A stretch of DNA of 64,000 bases from Lama glama (lineage: Eukaryota). Made by a program: the position numbers and the translations under genes. The stretch covers positions 68,016,001 through 68,080,000 of the forward strand of contig CM052817.1 in the NCBI GenBank assembly GCA_028534125.1, written 5' to 3'. Of the stretch, positions 23,160 through 37,000 are shown piece by piece (position 1 is the first letter of the stretch; each line of letters starts with the position of its first letter). The notes under the pieces were generated by a model. It made no database searches. It was not told the origin of the DNA and worked only from the letters and a program-made list of their open reading frames with translations.

Positions 23160-25864
23160 CTGTAAGTGAAAAAACAAGGACTTTTTGTTAAAAAAAGAAA
23201 AAACCAAAATCCACTCCCGTTAGTGGCAGCGCATTGGACTGGGGCAGTCAGTCCGACTCTGCTCCTAACTGGCGGCATAATCAACAGCATGTATCATATC
23301 ACCTCCAGGCTTCCATTTCTTCCAATGTAAAATATTACTCCTTCACTCTGTAAACATTTCTTGAGCATCTTTGGACACCGTGTTAGGTATGGGGGATAAG
23401 GAGATAAGGACACCAGAGTTTTTTCCTCAAGGAGCTCAAAGGTTTAATTTTAAGAAACCAGGCAGAGAGACAACAAATTGCATTGACGTGAGAAGATTAA
23501 GTGAGATATGCTTAAAGACTGACGTCATTCTGAGGACAACGGCGTGGGGGCGGCTCAGAGAATGGAGAGTTACCGTGTTTTAGATGTACTAAGTTAAAGG
23601 AAAGGAATGCTGAAGGTAGGACAGAGAGGGCAGTGTCCAGAAGAGAACGCACTAAAGTTGAATGAGAAGGGTTTCATGTGTTCCTGCATGAAATATATAG
23701 TAAATTTCTCATTATGTGTCAGACACTGTTCTAAGCAATGAAATAGAACAATAATCAGAAACAAGTTGCTGTTCACGTGCTTCTATAGTAGGAAGAGAAA
23801 AACAGCAAATAAAGAAACAAATACACAATTTAGGGGAGAAAAGTCTGATGAAGAAAAATAAGTCAGAGTAGGCAAGACAGACAGTGTGGTCAGGGCAATT
23901 TTAAACACAGTGATACCTGGATGGTTCAGAGTTTTTCATTTCAAATTAGTAATAATTTACAGGATTTATTTTTAAGTTCTATTACCACATAAACAGCTTA
24001 ACCAATACATTTTGAGGACATTCATTTAAAAATAATTGGAAATATTACTGCATTAGTAATAGACCCCTCCCCGAAAAGAGGTCCCCAAGGAATGTATCAT
24101 TTCCCAAAATATCAATTCAAAAAGTATAAGAAATAACTAAATAAACCTAGAAGTCTTTAGTTTCCACCAGAAAGTAAGGGAAATGCAGCATAGTCCTTTA
24201 GTAATGATACATCATGGCAAATGACAAACAGACTTGGTAGCGCTTGAAAAATTAGAAAGCTATAACTAAAACCAGGAGATTATATCATGCATAGGGATAA
24301 TTTAAAGATCACTTGGTTTCTGACTTGCTCATCCAAACCTCATGGGAATCCCCACTCATGAAGCAAGACAGGAAAAGGTAAACATTTTGCAAGTAGGGGT
24401 TAGACAGATAGGAATTAACCTTTTCCTTTTATCCTTGCCTTGTGCCTGTTATGCAGAGGTTCAGCAGGAGTGACATGTCTCCAGAGGTCAGACATTTCGC
24501 TTAAGTGAAAGAACTGTGGTAAGGCGTAGAGACCCTGGCAAGCAGGAGACTGAGTATGCTGCCTAAAGGTGCGCAAATTTAAAATTTTAAAATATGTCAA
24601 CAGGCCATACATCTAGCTGAAGTAATTCTGAAGCAAATAGAAATGTTACAACTAACTAGGAAAAAAAGAATCACCTAAAACTGAACACAGACCACAGAAC
24701 TGTTCATCATTGTCAATATATATTTATTCAGTAAGTGATGGAAGATGTTTAAAACAGTGAATTCTGAAGATACAACTTTTTAGTATTATATATTGCATCC
24801 TAGATCACAAAGTTCTTTGTTATGCTCAAAATAGAAGATTCAGTAAAGATTTCACTTAATTAAATTCTGACTATTTTTTCTGTTTCTTATCAAAAGAGCT
24901 CTTCAAAGTGAGCTTTCTATTTACGACTTTGCTACATTTGATCTCTAGTTTTGCAAAAACACTCTGTAAATTAACTAACACTCACTTCCTGCAACTCACT
25001 GTTTCCTTATTCAGAGGGAAAAAATATCTTTTAGTCCATTGAAAGTGAGAAACTAGAAATGCACTTTAATCAATGTCCAAATTAAATTATTTTCTATTAC
25101 TTAAATCTGATTTATAACCTCATTGTACCCTGTCCTGTCTACTGTTTCCTGACCCACAGCATAAACCTTTTTTTGATCATTGCTTTCTAATACACTGACT
25201 TCAAGTAAGAAAGGAAAAGCTACGTTATCCAGCATCTGTCTCAGCTGGTATGGCTTTCCCTTCAGAAGTTATGAAGAGGACTTGCTAAGAAAAGACATCA
25301 ATAATAAAAACGTGAACATTTAATAATGTTAATAAGAAGTGTAACTTTCCAAATATAAGCTAAACTTTTCCATTCTCAATTAATTATACCCTGGAGAAAA
25401 CAGCTGCATTTTCACACACAAAAAAAAAAACAAAAATTTTTAAATAAGCAATTTAAATATTTTTAAAACCTCAACAGCAAATGCCTCAAGTCGAAATATT
25501 ATATGCAACACCAACAGTCAGTTCAATGAATTACTCTTCCAAAAGTATGAAAAATTCCACCTAAAATCTATAAACTCACTTACAGTTCATAAAATATTTT
25601 TATATAAATAACCTCATTTGTTCCTCATAAAACTCGTTAAGAGTTGAGAAAAATAAGTAAGTTCACATTAAACATAAGAAAACTACAGCTAAGAAAATGT
25701 AAAAGATTTCCCAAAATGTATGTATTCAACTCATTCATGGTAGAACTAGTACTCATAAATACAGGTCCTCTAATTCTATGAATTCTGCCTTTTCTTCCAT
25801 ATTACACATTAATAATTTGTCACAGCTTTATTTATATTATTTTTTATGTATAGATGTATTTATA

Positions 25865-25990
25865 TTTTAGTTTTATTGTGGTAACATATACATAAAATTT
25901 ACCATTTTTAAGTGTTTGATTCAGTGGCATTAAGTACAACTACAATGTTGTGCAACCATCACTATTATCCATTTCCAGAATTATTTCATT
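25865..25990 (-). mobile_element. L1MB-like 3'-end fragment
   Basis: ttttattgtggtaacatatacataaaatttaccatt...ttcagtggcattaagtaca. Confidence 0.75.
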
Positions 25991-26689
25991 AGATGTATTT
26001 CTTACAATATGTTATTTTAAGAAAAGCAGCAATTTTCTAGTAGCCATTTATTCCCACTCTTGGAATTAATTTTATGTGAAAATTTCTATTATAGACATAT
26101 AATTTTCAAGATGAACTAATCCAACAATAAAAGCTAGAATAATCTAGAAGAGCTCTTTTATATAATCAAGCAAAGTTTATTTCAGTTTCTGTTTTTAACT
26201 ACAAGTCAAATTCTTTTAAATTAAGCTCTTCTTGATCAACTCCCTGGATGACTGACAAAGACTCTCCACTTCTGTAAAATATTCTGACGGATGTCCACAG
26301 TGGTCTATCTGCTGGGTCTATCTGAGACAACTCTAGAATGAAGCCCACACTTTACTCCCAGTATTAAGTTTTAGCTTTAGAAAGCATCAGGTGTGTTTAT
26401 TCCCAAAACATTTATGCCAACTGTGACTGTTCTTATAATTAGGATAGTTAATAAAATTTTATAAGGTAGTGATTTTATCAGTACAAAAAAACATATTTTT
26501 TTTCTATAAAATTAATTTGTTTTAAAAGAATTTAATTAAATAGACTGCTAAAACTATCTGTTGTCAAAGTAAGCCTGAGTAAGAAAACAGATATAGATGA
26601 GACAAAGGCCTAAAAATGTACAATTATGCATGTAGATTGCTCTGCAAATAAAAACCCTTTTTCAGATATGAGAGGTCAGGGACAGCATC

Positions 26690-27150
26690 TGATCCAAAGT
26701 ATTTCCATCAATTCTCAGATGAAGTGTGGGAGCAACTCATTCAAGTACCCAGAAGAAGAGTCCTTAAGGCTAAGTGCCAATATTCTGGGGTTTGAGTGTG
26801 TGTAAAATCTTTGACAAGGATAGTGAGAAAGCCCTGTGTTTGGAGCAGGGCGAAGTAAGAGTGTTAGGTGTGATCAGAGAAACAGCCAAAGAGGACTCTA
26901 AGGGTCAACTGTGGACTCCGCCCTTCACTTCGCCATGAGAAGCCACTCCAGGATTTGGGGCAGCGGAGTACATGTCTTAGGAAGATTCTATGTGCTTTGT
27001 CAGGAGAAGATTGTGCAGAGGAAGGAATGGAAGCAGGAAATCTAATATGAAATGTGAGTCTCCACACAGGTGAAATGTGGTGAGGGCTTCGATGACTGTA
27101 GTTGTATGGAGATGGTGAAAAATGGTCAGTTTTGGATGTTTTTAGCAAGC
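26690..27150. mobile_element. L2 fragment
   Basis: gccatgagaagccactccaggatttggggcag...ggagatggtgaaaaatggtcagttttgga. Confidence 0.6.
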
Positions 27151-29945
27151 AGAATGGAAATTAATTATCAATGAAAGAAAATATTAAAAACAACAAAAAC
27201 TAGGAAAGACCAGACTTACATAAAACTTAAATTATCAAAGAGCTAAAAAGGACCTAAAAAGGACTAGTCTGTAACATTAAGTAACAATTTCAATTAAAAT
27301 ACAATTAAAAGCAGTCACCTAAATATATATTACCCTACTTTTTAAAGTTTCATAAAAGGTGTCATAACTTCTGACAGTGTAGAGCCATGATTTACTTTAT
27401 AACAGAACTGTTTCCAAATCTGAAAGTTTAATTAACAAAGATTATATGAAGTCTCCTTAAGAGAAATTTTATGTTAAAACTTAAGATATATGATTTATAA
27501 ATAACCATTGCTCTGTACAAATACATTGAAAATTTAAAAATTTATTATTAAATGCTAGCTAAAAAGCAAAACAGAAAATAATGATGCAATATAACAAATT
27601 TTAAAGTTCAATTTGGTTTTTTGAAATCCAGAGCTCTACATTTTAATTTAGTTTTTCTTAATTTTGACTTTGAAACATGTAAAAGCAAAGACATTAAGCT
27701 AAAATATCTTAGTCCAAAACCTACCATTCTATTTCTGTAGACATGAGAGGTTCACAACACTTTCCAGTTTCTAAAAGCAATCTTTCTGACATCATTTTCT
27801 TTCATCAGGAATATTGTAAACCTTTCATCATATAATCAAGTTTCTTTTCAGTATAAACCAATTCACATCTTTTTTAAAACATAACTGAATATCACAAATT
27901 GTGATGTACTAAGCAAAAAAAAAGGTCTCATAATCGACTTTCTTTCAAATCTTTGTTATAAAAAAAATACACTCTCTTACACTAGGGGTAGTTTCTAATT
28001 ACAGGTGTTTGCCAAGACTTCCATTTTACCCAGATTTCAGACTTAAAGATACTTTCATACTCTATTTTTGCCAAATAAGTAAATAGTAATGATGTAATGA
28101 TGTAAAAACTTGAGTTGGTAAGGTTCATTTTATATATACAGCCCATGAACAATGAGAGACAGAGAGAAATATCTAAAGTATGAAATCCTTTTAATCTAGA
28201 GACATAAAACACCAATGAACTTTAAAAGTAATTATTTACTAAAAACAAAAAAAATTAAGAAATTTTAAGCATAAGAAAATTATGACAATACATTCTGCAT
28301 TTAATATCTTTAAAATATTTACTGATATTGTTATTAATTAATATTGAAAATAATTAATTTTAAATATTTTAAATAACTCTCTTGCCTACCAAAGATGAGC
28401 CACACCCATTCCCCCCCAATTTTTTATATAATTAAATATTGGATATTAAAAACAAACAAAAAAGAAAAACATACTCTTACTTAATAAATAATTTTCTGGT
28501 CCAAAACAAAATCAAAACTCTAACTGAGAATTATTGAGAAAATAATGAGAATAAGAACACTCAGAAAGTTTCTAAGAAGAAATAAGGTAAACCAGGGAGA
28601 ACGCCCTGTTTGGAATCAGCACTAAGTTCAGATCCCACTTCCAGTACTCACATACCATGTTATTGTGGGAAAGTACATTACTTTGCTTCTTCAAAAACAA
28701 AATTAAAAAAAGACATTAAGGTTGTGAAGATAAAATAATATATGAAAATCACCTAATAAAAATCAGGAGTAATTCTTAGCAAATAATAATTACCATCTGT
28801 CCAATCCTCTAAAACCTTGTCCATGAGATGGAGCCAAAGATACTCAAGCAGGAAACCTATAGCCTTACCTACTTTTATCTCTCAAAAATAAATAATAAAC
28901 AAACATGAACTGATGACTTAAAAAATTACCAAACATATTTTTATTAATACTACAGTTATTGTTAATGTGTGTAAGCCTACTAAAACGGCAATATAGCATG
29001 GCACAGATAATAATGCAAACAAACACTAAAAATAACATTCATAAACTTTTTCTACAAACATATCTTTTTTTCTTACAGCAAAGATCAGACTTCAAATGAA
29101 TTTGTAACTAATTGCTTATTCAATGACAGTCATATTTATCTTTGTTTCTAGTGTCACTGGAATTTAGTTTTTATAAAGGTATTTTTGTTTCTAGTATGTT
29201 TAAGTTAAATTCAATTAACCAACTTTTTCTTTAACATTTGAAACAGAGAGGGAATATATAAATAAAATTACTTTTACTACTGAAATGAGACTTGCACTTA
29301 GTTCAAGTATATTAACCAAATTATCAGCAATTAAAAACAATGCTCAACTTTCCAAAGCATTTTGCTTTACAGAAAACAGAAACATCTGACAAAGATGAGG
29401 CAGAGAATTCATGTTTCAACACACTTCCTCAGGTTAGCCCACAGAAAGATAAACAATTATTAAAAAAAAGAAAATACAAAATACTTAAATAAGCACCCTG
29501 CTGGATCAATATGGAACAGAAACACCTGTCAGGTAAAAGCAGGATAACCATATGAGTTAGTATACAACCTGGAATATTTGAAATTCCCAATAAGAAAAGA
29601 AGCAGTCAACAGAAATCAGCCCTGAGTGACCCATACAAACAAGGATTTTAAAGTAGTTACTATGAATATGTCCAAGGACTCTGAGGAAAGTTCAGTCACA
29701 AAGAATGAAAGAGAAATTTCAGTGGAGGAATAAAAACCATGAAATTATCAAAAAAAAAAAGAGGGAGTATCTGAAATGACAAATCATATGAATTTAATAG
29801 CAGAACTTAGATAGGGACAAAAAAACCAGGGAAGTATAAGACAGAACAATAGAAATTATCAAGTCTAAAGAACAGTAAGGAAGAAAGACTGCAAAGGCAT
29901 GAAGAGGGTTTCCGTGACCTCTGAGACAATTAAAAGTGGTCTAAA

Positions 29946-31286
29946 TATACCATATGCAAAAACTAACTAAAAACGGATTAAAGATTTGGAATATAAGATC
30001 TGAAATCATAAACTTCCTAGAGGAAAACAGGCTGTAATCTCACTGATATCAGCCTTAATGACATTTTTGTGGATCTGACTTCAAACGCAAGAGAAACAAA
30101 AGCAGAAATTACAAAAGGGACCACATCAAACTAAAAAGCTTTTGCACAGCAAAGGAAATATCATCAAAATGAAAAGGCAAGAGTCGAGGGTACAGCTCAG
30201 TGGTAGACATGCTTAGCATGCATGAGGTCCTGGGTTCAATCTCCGGCACCTCCATTAAAAAAATACATAAACCTAATTACCTTCCCCAGCCTCCCAAAAA
30301 AGAAATGATTAAAAAAGGCTACCTACTGAATGGGAGAAGATTATTTGCAAATCACATATCTGATAATGGGCTAATATCCAAAATATATCAAGAACTCATA
30401 CAACTCAACAACAACAAAACCCCAATTAAAATACAGGAAAAAAAATCTGAATATATATTTCTCCAAAGACAACGTACAGATGGCCAATAGGCACATGAAA
30501 AGATGTTCAACAACACTAATTATCAGGGAAATGCAAATCAAAACCACAATGAGATATCACCTCACACCTGTTAGAATGCTTATTCTCAAAACCAAGAAAT
30601 AACAAGTGTTGGAAAGAATATAGAGAAGAGGGAGCCCTTGTACACTGTTGGCAGGGCAGTAAATTGGTGCAGGCATTAAAGAAAATAGTATGGAGATTCC
30701 TGAAAAAATTAAGAATAGAACTACCATATGATCCAGCTAATCTATTCCTGGGTATTTATACAAAGACCACGAAAACACTAATTTGAGGAGGTGTATACAA
30801 CTCTTATGTTCACTGCAGAATTATTTACAACAGCCAAGATCTGGGAATAACCCAAGTGTCCATCAACAGATGAATGGATAAAGAACATGTGCTATATAAA
30901 TACAATGGAATAATACTTATAGTCATAAAAAAAGAATGAAATCCTGCCACTTGGAACAACGTGGATGGATCTTGAAGGTATTATGCCAATTGAAATAAGT
31001 CAGAGGGACAAAAACAAATACTGTATAATTTTAATCACATGTGGAATCTAAAAAAACAAAACAAAACAAAACAAATAAACAAACAAAACAAAAACAATGT
31101 CACATGCAGAGATTAGACCATCATTACCATCTTCATCAAGGGGTTGGGGGGTGGGGGAAATGGGTGAAGGGGGTCAAGCGTATGGTGACGGATGGCAAGT
31201 AGACATGTGGTGATCACTCTGTAGTGTACACAGATGCTGAATTATAATGTACACCTGGGATTTATAGAATAATAATTTCTTATTAT
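29946..31286 (+). mobile_element. 5'-truncated L1 (ORF2 C-terminus plus 3'UTR) nested in older L1
   Basis: cagggaaatgcaaatcaaaaccacaatgagatatcacctcacacctg and related motifs; TSD aagtggtctaaa (29934-29945 / 31287-31298). Confidence 0.88.
30181..30312 (+). mobile_element. Camelid vic-1-type SINE nested in L1
   Basis: gagggtacagctcagtggtagacatgcttagcatgcatgaggtcctgggttcaatctccggcacctcc; TSD aaaaggc (30172-30178 / 30313-30319). Confidence 0.88.
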
Positions 31287-32787
31287 AAGTGGTCTAAAAT
31301 ATGTTTATTATGAGTCTCAGAATGAAGGCAAGAGAATATGGGGTGAAAAAATGAAAAACAATAGCAAGTAATTTTCTAAATGTGGCAAAAACAAAAACTT
31401 ACAGATCCATAAAGTTCAAGGGACCTTAAGGAGGATACACATAAAGGAAAGGATATTACAGAACTTAGGATATTACAGAAAAATTGCTGAAATCGAAAAA
31501 TAGGGATAAAATCTTTAAAACAGTCTGAGAAAACAATATATTATATACTGGGTAACAACACATTATAGACATCAAAAACAATGGAGGCCCAAGGAAAACA
31601 GAAAATCTTTACAAAAATCCCTGTAACTCAAAATTCTATATCCAGTTATAGTACAATTCCAAGACAAAGACAATTTCAGATCAATGAAAATGGAGAGAAT
31701 TCATCACCAGCAGAACTGCAATACAAAAAATGCTAAGTCTTCAAGTTGAAGCGAAATAACATCAGATGGAAACTGCAGATCTTCAAGAAGTAATAAAATG
31801 TCAAAACATGGGTAAATATAAAAGAATATATATGTGTGTATGTGTTTCTCCTCTTAATTTTTAAAAAGGCATATTATTATTTAAGACAATACAAAATCAA
31901 AGCATAAAGGATGGATGGGGTTCTGAGAACAAATGGATCTCTCATACAACTTGCTGGTGAAAATGCAAAATATAGCCACTTTAGTCAAGTTTGACAGTTT
32001 CTTGTGAGATTAAGCATATAATTACCATCTGACGTAGTAACCGTATTCCTTGGTACTTCCCTAAGAGAAATGAAAACATATGTTCACACAAAGACCTATA
32101 CATTTCAATGTTCATAGCAACTTCACTTGTGTTAGCCCAAGACTGAAAATCCAAATTTTCATCAACAGGAGGATGGATAAACCGTGGTGTAGCTACACAA
32201 TGGAACACTATTCAGCAATAAAATAGAACAAACTACACTGGCTACACACAATATGCATGAATCTCCAAAGCATTATGCAAGAGAAAGAACTCATACGCCA
32301 AAGAATATGTGTCTCAGGCAATGTACAGGTAACTCTTGTACACTGTACAGGTACACTGTGCAAGAAACACAACTACAATTGTTAAAAGTACAAATGTTTT
32401 CTCCCTTTAAGTGAAAATGCACCTATTTTGAAATTATTTTCAAACTTTGCTCAAAATGTTTTTTTATCAATACATACATGCATGTATTCATTTATTCATC
32501 AATTTAAAAAAATTATTGAGCACCTATAATAACATGCCAGGCACTACACAAAGCTTCTGTAGTAGAAAAATTAATATTAAACATCTAGACACAAACTTAA
32601 AATGAAATGTAACAAGACCTTCCTTGGTAAATCTACATAAATTTACTAAAAGACATACAAGAAAGTCTGAGTAACTGAAGAAATAAACATATCATATTCA
32701 TTAATGTGAAAATTTAATATTTTAAAGACAGCAGAAATCCCTGACAAGTGATTCCAAAAATTTACAACAAAGAATAAAGGCATAAGA

Positions 32788-32971
32788 TAATAATGTGTCC
32801 ATGTTGGTTCATCAATTGTACCAAATATGCCACACTGATGATGGATGTTGAGGGTAGGGGAGTAGATATGTGTGGGTGGGGAGGGCTATGTGTGAACTCT
32901 TTGTATTTTCTGCTCAATTCTGCTGTGAACCTGAAACTGCTCTAAAAAAATAAAGTCTATTAATTAAAAAA
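32788..32971 (+). mobile_element. L1MC-like 3'-end insertion
   Basis: ctgtgaacctgaaactgctctaaaaaaataaagtctattaa plus A tail; 19-bp TSD aaagaataaaggcataaga (32769-32787 / 32972-32990). Confidence 0.85.
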
Positions 32972-33869
32972 AAAGAATAAAGGCATAAGAAAAACCAAAT
33001 ACCTTTGAAAACGTAGAAAAACAGGAGGAGGATTTGTCTTATCTATTTTTTATTATGAGGCTACAATAATTAAAATAACATGGAGCGGGAACAGAAATAG
33101 ACCACTGACACTAAATAGAATCCAAAAGCAAATTATCTGCATAAATAAGACTATAATACACTATAAAGGAGACATTTCAAAACAGTGGGAAGAAAACAAA
33201 TTTTTCTGTTAAGAGATAATGGGAAAGTCTGTTTATATGGAAAAACCTGAATTTCACATGGATTAAAGATTCAACTGTAAAAAATTTTAAACATAAAAGA
33301 ATAAAAAAGAAGTAAAGAAAAACAACTTTTTGACTATGGGGTAAGAAATCCTTACACAAGAATCAAAATGCTACTAGTATCATGTATAAAAATGATTGAT
33401 AGAATACATCAAAATTTAAAATTCAAAATATCTGTAAGCCAAAAGGCAACAGTTTCTCTGCAGATAGAAAATATTTGCAACCTAAATAATAAAGAATTAA
33501 TATCCAAAATATCCAAGCAACTGCCATATAGCAAAAGAATATGTCAACTCAGTACGAAAATGGAAGGCAACACACACAGGCAATTCACAGAAGGGAAGAC
33601 ACAAATAGCCAATAAATATATGAAAAAGATGTTCTATCCCAGCATCAAGCAGAAAAGTGCAAAATTAAAACAAAATACCATTTCCACCTATTAGACTGGC
33701 AAACAAACAAACAAACAAACCCTTTAAGTGCTCAGTAATAGTATGTCATTGAAACTTCAAAACCTGTATATTAGGTATCACTATTTCCTTTATGTAAATT
33801 AGGAAACTAGGGCTCCATGGGGTTAAGTAATTTACTCAAAATCTGGAAGGGAATAGAGTAACCTCAGTA

Positions 33870-34086
33870 CAGCGTGGACCTTTGAATAACATGGGTTTGA
33901 ACTACGCAGGTCCACCTACATGTGGGTATTTTCAACATGCGTACTACTGTACTATGTGGTCCATGGATGGTTGAATCTGAGGAAGCCTGAACTGCAGACA
34001 TAGAGGGACAACTGTAGAGTTACCAGCGGATTTTCAACCGTGCATGCTCGGCACCCCTAATCCCCAAGTTGTTCACGGGTCAACTG
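33870..34086. mobile_element. TcMar-Tigger MITE, same family as 691-917 in opposite orientation
   Basis: gacctttgaataacatgggtttgaactacgcaggtccac ... gttgttcacgggtcaactg. Confidence 0.8.
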
Positions 34087-37000
34087 TGCTAGCTTTAAAT
34101 ATGGCACGACAGGCCTATGTGTGGAGAGAAGAATGTCATCAAATTTGATCAGGTGATAACATTTCCTAACTGGACGAATATCAAAAGTGTTAACAATTAT
34201 TCTAGTTCCAAGACTAGATCCTCCAACCAGCAAAGAAGGATAGATTACCGGAGTGGTCCTAAACTTGGAGGAACCCATGAGAATCACCCAGAGAGACAGA
34301 TCAAACTGTAGATATATTCATATCTCTAACTTGCCACCCACATCTCCACACTGAGAACCACCTGTACTTCCACGAAGAAGTTCTAGAGAAAACAAAACAA
34401 AATGCTGTTTTCATTGGCATTATTTCCACCAAACCACAACAGGAAAGGGAGAAAAGCATGCAATCAGCTGAGGATTTTTATTTTTAGATTAAAAACCAGC
34501 AATATAAATGTCATGCCACATCTCCTTGTCCATATTATTTAAAAAAACACTAGAAAATGTGCTCATGCTTGAAATTCTGGCCAAAGAGAGTTAAAAATTT
34601 ATATATATAAGGAAAAAGAGAAAAAAGGAGTTTCTAACGCTGTGGGATGCTACCAACGGAAATGACGTCAAGGCACAGAGCCCTCATGCCAGTTCTGCAG
34701 ATGCTGCTCTCACAGCTAAACATGTGGACAACTGGCCTCTAAACAAAGTCTGCAGGAAGCGTGAACATATGTTTTTAATGACATTTTATAAACATTCACA
34801 AGAAATAATCCCTGCACTTTCTGCATCACAGATAGAGGTTCCAGCTCAGAGAAGTGTTTTAATAGTTGCACTTCCTCGGAAGTACTAAAAGGTTCTATGT
34901 CTTCCATGCTGTTCTGTATTCCAGTGCTTAAGAGCACACAGACTAGTGAACAGAATCCTTCATTTTAGTTGCCTTTTCCTTCTCCATTCTCCTTTTCTAC
35001 AAATTCTACTCTTATCAATACCTGTATTGAAAATATATTCTAACATCATGACAAATGGAAATTAACAGACTTCAAAGTTAAAATCGAACAGAACAATTCT
35101 ATATAGAAGCCTATTTGTATTATATCAGAAAAACTTCTTAGAAAAGACTTGGTAGATTTCTTTCCTGAAATATAAATATTCATTACCACTTCATGGGAAA
35201 TTTTATGTGACCAATAAAATGAAAACTGTCCGGGTGCCTTGTACATAGAAATCCAAATGGTTTTCTAATCTAATTTTAATTGGAAACATACAACCAAGTG
35301 GCTAAAATTTTAGGCTTTGGGTCAGGAGACCTTCACTGAAATTTCAGCTCCATCACTTAACAGCTTCCCTAAAGTACCTAAAAATGTGCCAATGTCCCCA
35401 AGAAATCTAGCCCATGATCCTTTAATTTAAATTGTGCCTTCAGCACTAACTTTGAAGATATTTTAGGTCTTTCTACTTTAGAAGAAGACAGGCTAAAAGT
35501 AATGGATTAAAATACTCCCTAAAACAACCAAAATTTAGAGAAGTCTAGGAATCATCTACTCATTAGAGGATCAACCCCACAACTTCAGAGATGCAGAAAC
35601 TAAAGCTTCGAGAGGTTATGTGAGTTTTCCCAGGTCAGATAACTAGTACACACGAGAGACGGTCTTATTTAGGCTTCCCTTACTCTTCGCCATATTGTAG
35701 GAATATGACAGAAACGTGAAAAAAACACTGGAAGAGGTCAAGGTTCAAAAAAGAGGCAAAAGACTCCCAGTAATTTAATTTAATCTTCTTAATTATAGGA
35801 CATTTTACTTGATTTGTCCCTATTCTTCAACTGCCTCCTCCACACCCCATCCCTATACACCCTGCCTATTAAGCCACACTCATTGATGAAATCAAAGGAA
35901 TGAAGATCAAAAGAGCCATCTTTTTACTGGGTCTTCTAATCATAATTATCCCACTGATGCGTAAATTATTTAAGAGCAAGTGGTCAGTACTCCCAGAAAG
36001 CAATTCTGTCTGAGGCCACAAGTATTTTTCAGAGGGGAAGTGCGATGCAATGGTGAAGAGCCCAACTGGATTCCAGTAGCTCCCATGTGACTTTAGAGAA
36101 GTCACCAACTGCCCCCACCAGTGCCTCAGTTTCCTAATCTGAAGAAAAAGAAGGGAACACTAGCACACCTTGCTTGGACTTGGGTAAACATTAAACAGAT
36201 ACTCCAAAAGAAGTATCCAGCACAGTTCCTAGACATGCAATAATTGCTCCAGAAATGTCAGAGCTTTTAGGATAATGATGGTGACATGCCAGCCCCTTTC
36301 TGAGCCAAAGAGTACATGCAAAGGAAACCAAACTGAACTCTGTTCTTTCCGGTTACAAAAGTTAACATGAGCATATTTTCCCTTAAGAGTACTATGCTAT
36401 TCCCTATTTTTTTCCATAAATGACAATATTAACTTGTATTTTAGGAAGTAAAGAAATCAAATGCCATATGAATAGGGCTTATTTTTAAAATAACAATTGC
36501 AGGAACACTTGAAGTGTTTATAGTACATGAAAATTTAAGTCAAATAGATTCGGTTTCCATGTGTTTATTCCTGCCTTGAAAGAAAATAAAAGAAACTACA
36601 TAGTTTTATTTGACCTTTATGGTAATTTCTCTAAATGTAAGTTCAAATTCTACAAATATGAAATACATATAAATTCTGATTATTTCAGGACAAGTGTAAT
36701 GCCTGTCTTTGAAAAAGTTCCAACTGCTTCATTGTACAGAATTCCCTTATTACTCATGTAATTTATTCATCCCAGAATGTATCTACATCAATATAATTGT
36801 TCTGATTTCAATTTTTGTTTTTCAATTTTTTAAACCTTGAAAGTCGCTGAACAGGCAATAGTTATTACAGGACAACAGACAGTTTTAATTTATTTAAAGA
36901 CCAGACAGGGAAAGCTATAGCTCAAGTGGTTTTAACCTGTAACATTCTCTAAAATATGCCACATACTTACAATGCTTCAGCTCCCCCCAAGTTATAAGTT

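Larger units (their letters stand above)
29580..33700 (+). mobile_element. Composite old L1 region (ORF1-like, ORF2 and 3' fragments)
   Basis: A-rich sense L1 motifs, e.g. aattctatatccag, gagagaattcatcaccagcaga, aagagaaatgaaaacatatgttcacacaaagac. Confidence 0.8.

Noticed and set aside
23214..23234. CTCF-like ccgttagtggcagc
   Set aside because: One base short of the core spacing
30181..30255. tRNA-like sequence with A/B boxes (also at 3745-3819 and 9790-9865)
   Set aside because: Followed by a shared SINE tail and TSDs, so these are SINE heads rather than tRNA genes
36907..36931. gggaaagctatagctcaagtggt, resembling an isolated SINE/tRNA head
   Set aside because: Only about 24 nt with no B box, tail or TSD; too short to support
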